Source: Histomonas meleagridis 2922-C6/04-290x (lineage: Eukaryota > Protista > Parabasalia). Taken from it: a stretch of DNA of 64,000 bases. Of the stretch, positions 1 through 9,567 are shown one piece after another. A program made the position numbers and the translations under genes. The DNA is taken from contig JAANOX010000126.1 of assembly GCA_020184695.1 (NCBI GenBank), forward strand, positions 558,001-622,000, in the 5' to 3' direction. Below the pieces are notes generated by a model that did not search any database, was not told the DNA's origin, and worked only from the letters and a program-made list of their open reading frames with translations. The first letter of the stretch is position 1. Each line of letters starts with the position of its first letter.

Positions 1-571
1 TTAGGTCATAAAAATGTGGAAAATAAACGCAAAGGCTGTTCATGAACGTTTTTAGATCGCTTGGAAGAGGTTTACAAGTTAACATTTTGAATAAATAACC
101 AAAGTCAGAACTACTATGAAAGGTAACAAAGGTTACGTCATCATTCATCACAAGGCCAGAAGTATATAAAAGCTGGGTAAATTCGTAAACACTAATTCCA
201 TCTGTATTAAATTTGTTAAAGTCAATCCCTGATTGTTGAAGAAGCTCAATGGCTGGTGTTGTAAACATGTCTTCATCAAGATTAAATTTGAAATTGAACT
301 GCCAACAACAACATGGTGATGGAAAATTTCCTTTGCCATCACCTAAACTAATTCCAATTTGGATTATTTTAAGGCAATCAACATTGACTCTCATAAGGTT
401 ATACTGAAAAGATTCTTGTGATTGAAATTGACCTATTGGTCGTGCAATCACGCCAGGAAATTCTGTATCCATTCCAACATAAGGATAATCATTTATCAAG
501 TCAGCAATTATGGCCATTTCTTGTTCGAGGTTATGACTCCATACCTCTCTAATAATGAATTCATCTGACAT
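1..571 (-). CDS. CAF1: CAF1/POP2 (CNOT7/8-like) DEDD deadenylase, 3' end runs off the window
   Basis: Not in the ORF track. Manual translation from ATG 571: MSDEFIIREVWSHNLEQEMAIIADLINDYPYVGMDTEFPGVIARP...LKIIQIGISL...WQFNFKF...FHSSSDFGYLFKML...FPHFYDL. Open to base 2, with the CAF1 motifs MDTEFPGV, WQFNF and FHxxxDFGY. Confidence 0.93.
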   Translation of the reverse strand, partial: MSDEFIIREVWSHNLEQEMAIIADLINDYPYVGMDTEFPGVIARPIGQFQSQESFQYNLMRVNVDCLKIIQIGISLGDGKGNFPSPCCCWQFNFKFNLDEDMFTTPAIELLQQSGIDFNKFNTDGISVYEFTQLLYTSGLVMNDDVTFVTFHSSSDFGYLFKMLTCKPLPSDLKTFMNSLCVYFPHFYDL

Positions 572-864
572 CTGCAGACGTTAACAAATGATGTATCGTA
601 TAACCGGTTTCCCTCAAAAAGTGAACTTTCGTTTTTTATTCATCTTTCATCCAAAACTAATTCCTTATTCAAACAAATTATTTTAATAATTTTTTTTCAT
701 GAAATCTATTTATATGTCAATTTATTTATAATACAAAGTTGTTTTAATTCTAATGATTAAAAACAAAAAATTTTTTATTGAAAATGAAAAAGATTTTTTT
801 TCTAGATTTATATATAAAATTTATATTTTATTTAATAACAAAATTTGTAGCATAATTTAATCTG

Positions 865-1662
865 TTATGAGTACAGTTTATCCCATATTGAAAGCAGTCT
901 TTTAATTGGACTTAATTTAATTTCTTCTTCTATTCCATCAAGTTCATTTTCGTTTTCTGGCTCTTCCATGTCTTCATTGTATTGACCAGAACTTGCTTTT
1001 GATGTTTGCACACTACGAAATACACTTTGCATAGTGTCTTTTTCTTTTGGAACTGTTTTATATTCAGATGTTTTCCATCCCCATCTTTTGAGTTGCTTGT
1101 TTGCAATATAAGCAGCAGAAACATGATCGAGTGAGTTCGTTACTTCAATGCCTTTTTGTGTTTCTGGTTCATTTGCCTTGGTTTGGTTAATTTGTGCTGA
1201 TTGACCTTTGGATAATAGATTTAAAGGCTGTTGTGAAAACGTAACTTGTGGCGTCGAAGAATCTGTATTGAAATGTGGCTGGGGATTGAATGGGTTGGTA
1301 TAACTTTGTTGAAAATTTATTGGATAATAATTATTAGGTGGATAATTTACATTATAGTTTTGTGTGTAATTAGGTTGATAGTAATTAGGATTTTGTTGAG
1401 ATTTTGCTGAGATTTGATATTCTGTGTTATTTTGAATTTGTGAATTTAAAAATGATTTTGTTGGTGGCCCTTCACTGGTGTGGCTCATTTCTGTCTTATT
1501 GTCCTTGAAATAAATAGGATGAATTGAATTAGAATATTCAACATTTTGTGGAATAGAATTATATGAATTATGTGAATTTCCAAAATTGATTTTTTTTGTG
1601 GTTATTCCCAATGAATTGCTGCTTGGGAACATTGTTCTCTTTTTCGTCCAAAAAAGTGACAC
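865..1662 (-). CDS. Hypothetical low-complexity (N/Q/P/Y-rich) protein
   Basis: 265-aa ORF with no recognised domain. Confidence 0.6.
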   Translation of the reverse strand: MSLFWTKKRTMFPSSNSLGITTKKINFGNSHNSYNSIPQNVEYSNSIHPIYFKDNKTEMSHTSEGPPTKSFLNSQIQNNTEYQISAKSQQNPNYYQPNYTQNYNVNYPPNNYYPINFQQSYTNPFNPQPHFNTDSSTPQVTFSQQPLNLLSKGQSAQINQTKANEPETQKGIEVTNSLDHVSAAYIANKQLKRWGWKTSEYKTVPKEKDTMQSVFRSVQTSKASSGQYNEDMEEPENENELDGIEEEIKLSPIKRLLSIWDKLYS

Positions 1663-1891
1663 TCATAAGGCTTATTAAACTTGGAAACCCTAATAATTAC
1701 AAGAATTCAACAAGATGAACAGATACAACGTTTAATTTCATAAATTGTATGTTTATAAAAAGAAATAATTGCTTTTTGAAATTTTGTATTTACATTACTT
1801 TATTAAAGGAGCTAATGAAGATGTCGACATCTAAAAAATGATAAATTAATAAAAAAGATAAATCGGTCATTTTGGGTCAGTCTAAAAATTT

Positions 1892-4690
1892 TTATGTACC
1901 ATTTGATAAATTCATATTCACTTCTTTGATCTCTTCTGCAATTTCTATTGGCAACTGTTCGAATAAACCTCTCAATTCTGCGCCACTTATGTTCATAAAG
2001 TATTCAAATGGGTTAATTGAATCGAATGGAACTGGAAACAGTGTAATGAGTTGTGGCGGTGTATCATCTTCTTCGTCATCGTCCACTTCTACATTATTTT
2101 CTCTTAATTTTAATATGTAAGTTCTTTTGTATAAAGAAGCAGCTTTAAGATAAGCATCAGGCACCCCATTTTTCGCCAACGAAATCAGTACGATAAATCC
2201 TATCGTCATTTCTCTGTAAGTTGTCAAAGTTTTTTCTGAAATCAATTTCAATAGGAATTGAACCAAGTCGTTATTTAGCATTGAAATCACTTGAATTTCA
2301 TTAATTCTAATTCCAGCGGCAATTACATGCAAAGCGCCAACGAAAATTGTTGGATCAGTTTCGATTATATTCGTAGTTCTAATAGCTAATGACATTTGAA
2401 CATTTAACACATTAAAAGTTAAAGGCAAAAATATCATCAAAGTATTTTCACCAGTTACTTGAATTATGCAAGAAGCTAAAAACAAAGGATAAGATAAACA
2501 TTCTTCAGAACCTTCATCAGAGTTACCGAATTCTATCATTGCTTGAGTTAATTGTATTATCGAGTTCAACATTTCCAAATTTTGTAATATCGGAGAATTA
2601 TCACATACAACTAATGGGTATATAAACATTGTAATTTGTCTTGCAGCAAACAAAAGATCTCTATCATTTGCAAGTAATTGTAAAAAGCTTGGTAATACTT
2701 CAAACATTATTGGTATTACTAATGACATTTTTTGGGAGAATTCGCCCATTAAATCGATTAAATCAGGGAAAACTTCATTTTGAGGGAATTCATTAAATAT
2801 TTCCATAACTTTTGGTATTATATAATTTGCTAATTCCAAAACGATTGGATCATTATCTTCAAGTTGAGATATTATATCATAAATCAAATATAATATTTGT
2901 GTTGCTCCTTCCATAGTTGGATCATTATCTACGTTTTGTATATGATTAATAGCTATGTTTAATAACACACTAATAAGTTGTCCTGCATAACTCGAAAGAT
3001 TTTCAGTGGAATTTAAACATAAATATTCGATTGTAAGTGATGGAATATTATTTGTAAAGATTGATGACGTATCTAAAAGTTTCGGCAATAATGAATTAAT
3101 ATTTATTGATATTTGTTCTTCTTCTTTATTAATATGTTTAATACAACTTGTGAATAATTTCGATGCTGATAATACTTCGATTGGATATGGTGACGTCTGT
3201 ATAATATTTAATGAGATATAACAGCCAAGTTTAGGATCAACTTTTTTTAATGTTGTTGATAAAAACCATAATAATGTAACACGTAAAAATAATGGATTAT
3301 TAGTTCCATTATTTAATATATTTATTACGTTCGTAATGAAATCAGGTGAAATATTAATGTGAGTTGTGGAAATTGGTTTCTTCCCTTTCTTCTTGTTCTT
3401 CCGAATCTTGGAACGTGTAATTGATTTCATTTCTTTAATGAGAATTAATAATAAATATATTTTAGCTTCAAAATCATAGGCATCTTTTGGCGATGTAACA
3501 AGGATCGAATAAAGTTCATCAATTGGAATATGTGATGAAATTAATGATATAATATATTTGCAACTATTACGTGGTGATAATGTTTTCTCGATGTCGATTC
3601 CAAAGTTTAAATTTGTCTCTAAATATTGTTCGGGATTTATCTCAGTTTGTGTTACTTCATCAAACGGAATTTGTGCAGATTTAATTAATACATTGATAAT
3701 GAAATCAGGTGTAACTGTGTTTAAGTCACAAATATTATGTGAATGGAATTGATAATAAATATATAATGCTTTACCACTAATAACATATGTTAATGGTAAT
3801 GATAACATAGAATATATATAATTAGATATCGTGGGTGATATTTGCGTTTTATAAATGTTGGAAAAATTATTAATAAGTGGGTTCTTACTTGGCTTGTTTT
3901 TGAGAAAACTTTCATTAAGCATATAGATGATTTTAACAATTTGATATTTGATTTTAAGAATAATTTCATCGGTCGAGTTGAACGTTAAGATTGAGCACAA
4001 TTGTAAAATTAATTCAACAAGAATTTGTGAGAAGTCATTCAAAAGTATTGAAACTGTTAAACGGTAGATGATTTTGGATAAATAATAAAAAATGTTTGGA
4101 AACTGTTGGAAATTTATACCAGATTTCATAATGGTTGAAAGAAATGTAACAATTTTAAGATTAAATTGATCAATTGCATCAAATTCTGCTTGATTAGGTT
4201 TTTGTCTTTCTGAACATGATTTTGCCCAAAAATAACAAATTTGAAGAAATGATTCGAAATCATCTAAATTATTGTTTGATATTTTCGTGCTTGCTATGTT
4301 CATAAGTGTTTCCATGATTTGATAAACATTTGGGAAAGATCTAAGTATTATAGTACGAAAAGCCGCAATAAAATGTTGCCTGATGTTATGGTTAACATTG
4401 AATACTAAATTGAGAAGAGTCATTGCTATTTCATCCTGATTTTGTTGATTCCAATAAATTTCTTCTCGAATATCAAATGATATTTTCCAATGATTTCTTA
4501 TTAACACACCGATGTAAATACAAATTTGATTTAATAATGTTGGATCTTGTTGAACTTCTTGTGTTGGAATTAATTGAAAAATAAATTGTATAAATTGTGG
4601 ATTTCTGGATGCTTCTTCAATGATTTTTGTTGCATTTTCAACAACAGATTGGTCTGGTACTAATGTTTGTTTGAAAATAGAAACATCCAT
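1892..4690 (-). CDS. Importin-beta family (importin-7/8-like) HEAT-repeat protein
   Basis: 932 aa. The N-terminus resembles IBN_N (QTLVPDQSVVENATKIIEE...LIRNHWK), followed by an all-helical body and an acidic patch near the C-terminus. Confidence 0.7.
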   Translation of the reverse strand: MDVSIFKQTLVPDQSVVENATKIIEEASRNPQFIQFIFQLIPTQEVQQDPTLLNQICIYIGVLIRNHWKISFDIREEIYWNQQNQDEIAMTLLNLVFNVNHNIRQHFIAAFRTIILRSFPNVYQIMETLMNIASTKISNNNLDDFESFLQICYFWAKSCSERQKPNQAEFDAIDQFNLKIVTFLSTIMKSGINFQQFPNIFYYLSKIIYRLTVSILLNDFSQILVELILQLCSILTFNSTDEIILKIKYQIVKIIYMLNESFLKNKPSKNPLINNFSNIYKTQISPTISNYIYSMLSLPLTYVISGKALYIYYQFHSHNICDLNTVTPDFIINVLIKSAQIPFDEVTQTEINPEQYLETNLNFGIDIEKTLSPRNSCKYIISLISSHIPIDELYSILVTSPKDAYDFEAKIYLLLILIKEMKSITRSKIRKNKKKGKKPISTTHINISPDFITNVINILNNGTNNPLFLRVTLLWFLSTTLKKVDPKLGCYISLNIIQTSPYPIEVLSASKLFTSCIKHINKEEEQISININSLLPKLLDTSSIFTNNIPSLTIEYLCLNSTENLSSYAGQLISVLLNIAINHIQNVDNDPTMEGATQILYLIYDIISQLEDNDPIVLELANYIIPKVMEIFNEFPQNEVFPDLIDLMGEFSQKMSLVIPIMFEVLPSFLQLLANDRDLLFAARQITMFIYPLVVCDNSPILQNLEMLNSIIQLTQAMIEFGNSDEGSEECLSYPLFLASCIIQVTGENTLMIFLPLTFNVLNVQMSLAIRTTNIIETDPTIFVGALHVIAAGIRINEIQVISMLNNDLVQFLLKLISEKTLTTYREMTIGFIVLISLAKNGVPDAYLKAASLYKRTYILKLRENNVEVDDDEEDDTPPQLITLFPVPFDSINPFEYFMNISGAELRGLFEQLPIEIAEEIKEVNMNLSNGT

Positions 4691-4755
4691 TTAGAAACAA
4701 AAATTTTGGTCGAACATATTAACGGTTTTGGGGTACTCCAAATCCAAAGTCAAAA

Positions 4756-5610
4756 TCAAAGAAATGCTTGAGGTTCATCTGGCTCTTCTGCGTTATAATA
4801 TACATTATATATAGAGAACAAAATAAAACATCCAATCGACCAAATCATAAATGCTAGTAATACGGGAATATCACAAAGAGAAGGAAAAAATACTAATGCA
4901 ATTGAAAGTAAAAGATTATGAATAAAATGAAACATTATTGAAGGCATAATAGAGTTTGTGAATATATTACTATATCCCCATCCAAAAGAAAGAAAAAAAA
5001 TTACTAAAGTCGAAAAAAATGAAGAATGCAAATGACAGAACGCAAATATTATAGAGCTCATAAAGGTTGAGAAAGTTGGGTCAAAAAACCTACTAAGAAA
5101 TGTAACCATCCATCCTCTGAAAAAAATTTCTTCTGAGATGGCAGGTAATATACATAATGTAAATGTACTAAATAAGATTTGCAAGATGGAAGAATCAGGA
5201 TTTATTTTGTTGTTCAAACAATTATTTTTCGAAATTAATGATAATGATAATAAAGAAAAACCAAGTATAAGTAACAACAAAGTAGTAATTCTTACCTTGT
5301 TGAAATGAAGATATTTTTTAAAATCTGTTTCACCCATAAGCTTAAGTGAAACAAATGGAATTAGTAAAAATGAAATTTCACCAATTATTGGCTTAAAATA
5401 TACAAAAAATTGAGAATCTTCACTTACCCCTGAAATTCTACTAATGATAAATACTAGTAATGATGGAATTAAATTTAAAATTAGAAATGCTGATATTGTT
5501 AGACCTAAAACAAGACAAAATGATATAAAAAAGTTATCATTGCCTTCTTCATTGGATTCTTGGATTGAACTATCTGAGTAATCATCAAATGAGGAATACT
5601 CAGGTTGCAT
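4756..5610 (-). CDS. CPBP/Abi family (type II CAAX) intramembrane metalloprotease
   Basis: Multiple TM segments plus the family motifs EEIFFRG, FAFCH and HFIHN. Confidence 0.85.
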   Translation of the reverse strand: MQPEYSSFDDYSDSSIQESNEEGNDNFFISFCLVLGLTISAFLILNLIPSLLVFIISRISGVSEDSQFFVYFKPIIGEISFLLIPFVSLKLMGETDFKKYLHFNKVRITTLLLLILGFSLLSLSLISKNNCLNNKINPDSSILQILFSTFTLCILPAISEEIFFRGWMVTFLSRFFDPTFSTFMSSIIFAFCHLHSSFFSTLVIFFLSFGWGYSNIFTNSIMPSIMFHFIHNLLLSIALVFFPSLCDIPVLLAFMIWSIGCFILFSIYNVYYNAEEPDEPQAFL

Positions 5611-6168
5611 AAAATCGCATGAAATTTTGTTTTGATAAAGTTTATAGAATATATTGAATAATTATAAAAGCCGATAGAAGTGAAAAGGTTCCTTACAAAG
5701 TTAGCTACCTAAAAAATGGTGAGATTAATTAAAAACAAGATATCTCGGAAAAAAATTAGAATTTAATAATAAAACTTGTGATATGTTTTGATTCAAAGAT
5801 TGATTTAATACTTTCATTTCTGATTCATATAAAAATTATAAATTATTGAAATATTTTATATCTTTGATTTTTTCTCATCATTGCATTCACTCATGATATA
5901 CCACGTAAGGCATTTTATATGTTGTTTAATTTCACGAAATTTTTCCTAAAATTTAAGGAAATAGTTCTCAAAATTATTGTCATGTTAATCTTGGTCTTAT
6001 TTTTCTGCATCTTAGCAATGTTGTATCTTATAGAACATAATTTAAAAAAAAATAGTTCAAAAATTTTATATAAATTGTAATTCTATTAATAACATATCTA
6101 CTGATAATATATCTTTAAACGATCATAACCATGATAATAGATATGCTTTAATAGATCATATCCAATAT

Positions 6169-6484
6169 TTGTATATTGAAACTAAATTTATTTATTATGA
6201 TTATACAATTATTATTTATACGACAATTATTATTATTGTTTGTGTTGTTATTATAATTATAATTATTATGACACTACTTGGCGTATATAATTATTATTCG
6301 AATTCGAAACAAAAAATCAGAAAATATTATAAACGAAAGTTCAGAAGAAAAAGCAATTGAAAACAAAAAAGAAACCACAAATACATTTGCAACAGGAATT
6401 TCTATATCAACAATTGAAGAAGATCCTTTCGCTGATGATTTCAAAGAAGATAAATTTATTGTGCAAATGGATTTTTTTTTTTAA
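6169..6484 (+). pseudogene. C-terminal fragment of a BspA-like single-pass surface protein
   Basis: Two overlapping frames give YIETKFIYYDYTII, a TM stretch and TNTFATGISISTIEEDPFADDFKEDKFI. These match the tail of the 51547-53433 protein (YIETEFIYYNYTIV...TNTFTTGISNINIEEDPFAEDFIEEKFI). Confidence 0.7.
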
Positions 6485-7085
6485 TATCAAATAAGCAATA
6501 AAAGAAATATATGCGATATTAAAATCATTTTCTTTTTTTAGAATAAAAATTAAATTTCTTTGAGATATGCATGTATATCATTGATTTTAATTTCATTAAC
6601 AATAAATTCATTTTTAAAAAATATTGAAAGAATAAAAAAAAATTAGAATTATAATAAATTATATATTTTTTCAAATCATTAATAATCTTTTCAACTTAAA
6701 CTATTCTTTATTACTACAAGTATTTGGTACCAATAAATACGGAAAAACCAATCCAAAATAAACTTAACAATGAGAAAGATAAATCAAATTATCTGCTTGA
6801 AAATATGCTCAAGCAAAATTAGGCCGATGCAAAAGTTCATTCGAGATTTTTTAAGATAAAAAAGCCCAGCCAATCTTAATAAAAAATAATAAGCATAAGA
6901 TTCAGATAAATATTCATGAACAATAATAAAGAAAAATCAAAGAGAATCATAAATTTCTATCATAAATGTATATAAATTTTCATTTTGCCCGTTTTTTGTT
7001 CTTTGCTTTTTCATTGAAAATTGAGAAGCCTACTGAAAATTTCAAAGGAAATGCATCAACATTCAATTTCATTAAAATCTAAAAA

Positions 7086-7841
7086 ATGAGTTTGGACGAT
7101 TCTTCACATTGCCTCGAGATGAGTGATATTGATTCTGTAAATGAGATATCTGAAAGCGCTAACAAAAATGAACATGAAGCAGATATAAAAGACAACAAAA
7201 ACAATAATTTAACAGATTCAAAGAATCCATTGGAACCTTCAAATGAAAATATAGAAAAAGCACCAAATTATGTATACCTTGCTGCAGGAAAGTGTTATGA
7301 AAAAGATTCTCTAATATGCCACCGATGTAAAAAGCAAATTCATTCAAGTACTGTTTATATCCATCAAAACATTGAAGAAGATACCAAAGATATTGTTATT
7401 TATTGCACTACATGTGCTGAACTTATTAAATCACAAGCAAAATTCTGTGAAATATGCAAAACCGAAATCAAACCAAATGAGTTACACAATTCATCAACTA
7501 TTGCTCAAATCACTAAAGGCAAGTTCTACCACCGCCATTGCTTACATTGTTCATTTTGTAGTGAAATAAATGATGATCCAAAACATTATTCATTACATAC
7601 TTATGAAAGTGATAATACTGTACATTCATTATTAATCTGTCAAAACTGTATAAGGATCTTAAATGGATGTTCTGTTGACAGTGAAAAACCAATAGTTGGG
7701 CAGTTTGTACCAGAATTGCTTCCTGAAGATTTCATAAATAGTTGTCAACAGTGTGGAAACGAGTTTGTACATAATGTTTATATTTATGAAAACGGTAGGC
7801 TACTTTGTGTAAACTGCAGTGAAACATTTTGTCAAGAATAA
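7086..7841 (+). CDS. LIM-like zinc-finger protein
   Basis: Repeated CxxC...H/CxxC pairs (CHRC..CTTC; CEIC..HRHCLHCSFC..CQNC; CQQC..CVNC). Confidence 0.65.
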   Translation: MSLDDSSHCLEMSDIDSVNEISESANKNEHEADIKDNKNNNLTDSKNPLEPSNENIEKAPNYVYLAAGKCYEKDSLICHRCKKQIHSSTVYIHQNIEEDTKDIVIYCTTCAELIKSQAKFCEICKTEIKPNELHNSSTIAQITKGKFYHRHCLHCSFCSEINDDPKHYSLHTYESDNTVHSLLICQNCIRILNGCSVDSEKPIVGQFVPELLPEDFINSCQQCGNEFVHNVYIYENGRLLCVNCSETFCQE

Positions 7842-8579
7842 AAATTGATAATTAGTTGGACTTATTTGACTCATTTTTTGTATTTAGAAGGGAACTATTT
7901 ATTTTGCTCATTGTGAATCATGAAACACTTTCAAGGCTATCAATTATCAACGATGAAGATGAATGAAAAATAATCGTATTAATATTGAAAAAAATAAATC
8001 AAAAGTTTATACCGACAGAAATTATAACTTTTTTATTGTGAGTTACTTCACTTTTTCAGAACGATCATATTCAATTGGAAATGTGGAAATGTCAAAATAT
8101 TCCAAATAATGAAAAAAGGAAGCAAAAATATCGATTAATAATATTTGGTGCTTATTCAACAAATTCAGTAGCAATTACCTCCTCAAGGAGGTACCTAAAA
8201 TACAAGAAATAATTTCAATAAAAATTTTGATGGCTTTTTTATGGAATATTCGAAGTTTATTTCGATTATAAGACAACTTTTTGAATTGAATAAACGCATC
8301 TCCAAAAGAAATAAGCAAATAAAAAGAGACCATTTTCAATTCGAATGGTAAATAAAATAATTGCGAGTTATTTTAAAAACTTCAATTTTGATCATTCTTC
8401 TTGTTTTGTAAAAAGGCAAATATAGATGAAAATTAAATTCAAGAAGAGCAGTATGTTGAATGTCTTCAGAATTCATTATTGTACATGAAAAATGAAAAAG
8501 ACATCAATGTACATAAAGATGTACTAGGTAGGTTTTATATACCGTAAAGACATTTCTGCGAGATTCGAATGTTCTAATT

Positions 8580-9154
8580 CTATCATTCCATGGATTTTTC
8601 AAAAAATATGGAATTAAATATCCAAAACTTAATAAAGGAAGGAAATCAAAATATGTTGATCTGAGAATGATTGCACAATTTTGTATTATACCAGAAAATT
8701 TCGGGTTGATTATCAAAGGATGACTGATGTTTCTTAAAGTAAGGGTTTCACAGTTACGGAAAATGATATCAAACGAATATTTGAAACTGAAGGACTTTAC
8801 TTATTTGAGAAGGAATATAAACCATATAATGTTCATGATCTAATATTTGTTGCTATATTTGTCAATCAAATTTGGCATACAGATCTGCATTATTTTAGAA
8901 AAAAGGAAGGTGAGGATCAGAAATATTTAATAAGTTTTATCGATGATAGATTTCGAAAAATATCATATTCTGAGGTTATGGATGATAAAACTGATGAAAG
9001 CGCAAGTCACGATAATTCAACAATCGGTTAAATTGTGGATGAATATAATATGTATTGGCTTCACAAATATATTTACAAGATCGACAAAAAGAAAATGACT
9101 CCACAAGAAGCTTGGGGAATAATGCCAAAGTATGATGGTACACAAAGTGATTAA
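8580..9154 (+). mobile_element. Degenerate rve/DDE transposase (IS481/IS3-like, cf. parabasalid IS481EU)
   Basis: Translation with stops: ...GFTVTENDIKRIFETEGL...VNQIWHTDLHYFRKKEGEDQKYLISFIDDRFRK...*IVDEYNMYWLHKY...MTPQEAWG. WHTD and YLISFIDD are integrase-core motifs, and YN..H..TP.E is the C-terminal motif. The central part is deleted. Confidence 0.65.
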
Positions 9155-9264
9155 GACCTTCGACTTGTTTATATCTGGATATTAATTTGTCATTAATTTA
9201 TTTTAATTGTTAAATTATTCATCCAAAATTTTTAATGATAATTGTATGTCTCAAACGTTTCGAG

Positions 9265-9343
9265 ATCGTACGGTAGTTAACGATCAAATGTCACGTAAAA
9301 GCGGCGATTATGAATGACATTTGATCGTTAACTACTGTACGAT
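9265..9343. repeat. 29-bp inverted repeat (1 mismatch) with a 21-nt spacer
   Basis: ATCGTACGGTAGTTAACGATCAAATGTCA (9265-9293) and TGACATTTGATCGTTAACTACTGTACGAT (9315-9343). Confidence 0.9.
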
Positions 9344-9567
9344 AGTGAAAGCGAATTAATTGTCATTAAATATTCTGACATGGTACACTTTTTAGAATGA
9401 ATATGATCGTTATAAATATTTTGTCTTAGTCCACTTTTTCAGTGTTTTTTATTCGTATATCATTTTGCCATATTCACTTTTTGAGTAGCTTCTATCGTCA
9501 AAAGTGGAATATTCTCCACATTAAATTATAACTTTTTGAACAATATATTCGCCAAACAAAATTTCAA

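Noticed and set aside
572-590. GTTAACGTCTGCAG just before the CAF1 ATG as a 3' splice site
   Set aside because: Poor match to ACTAACACACAG, no donor seen, and an Inr-like TCATT lies just upstream.
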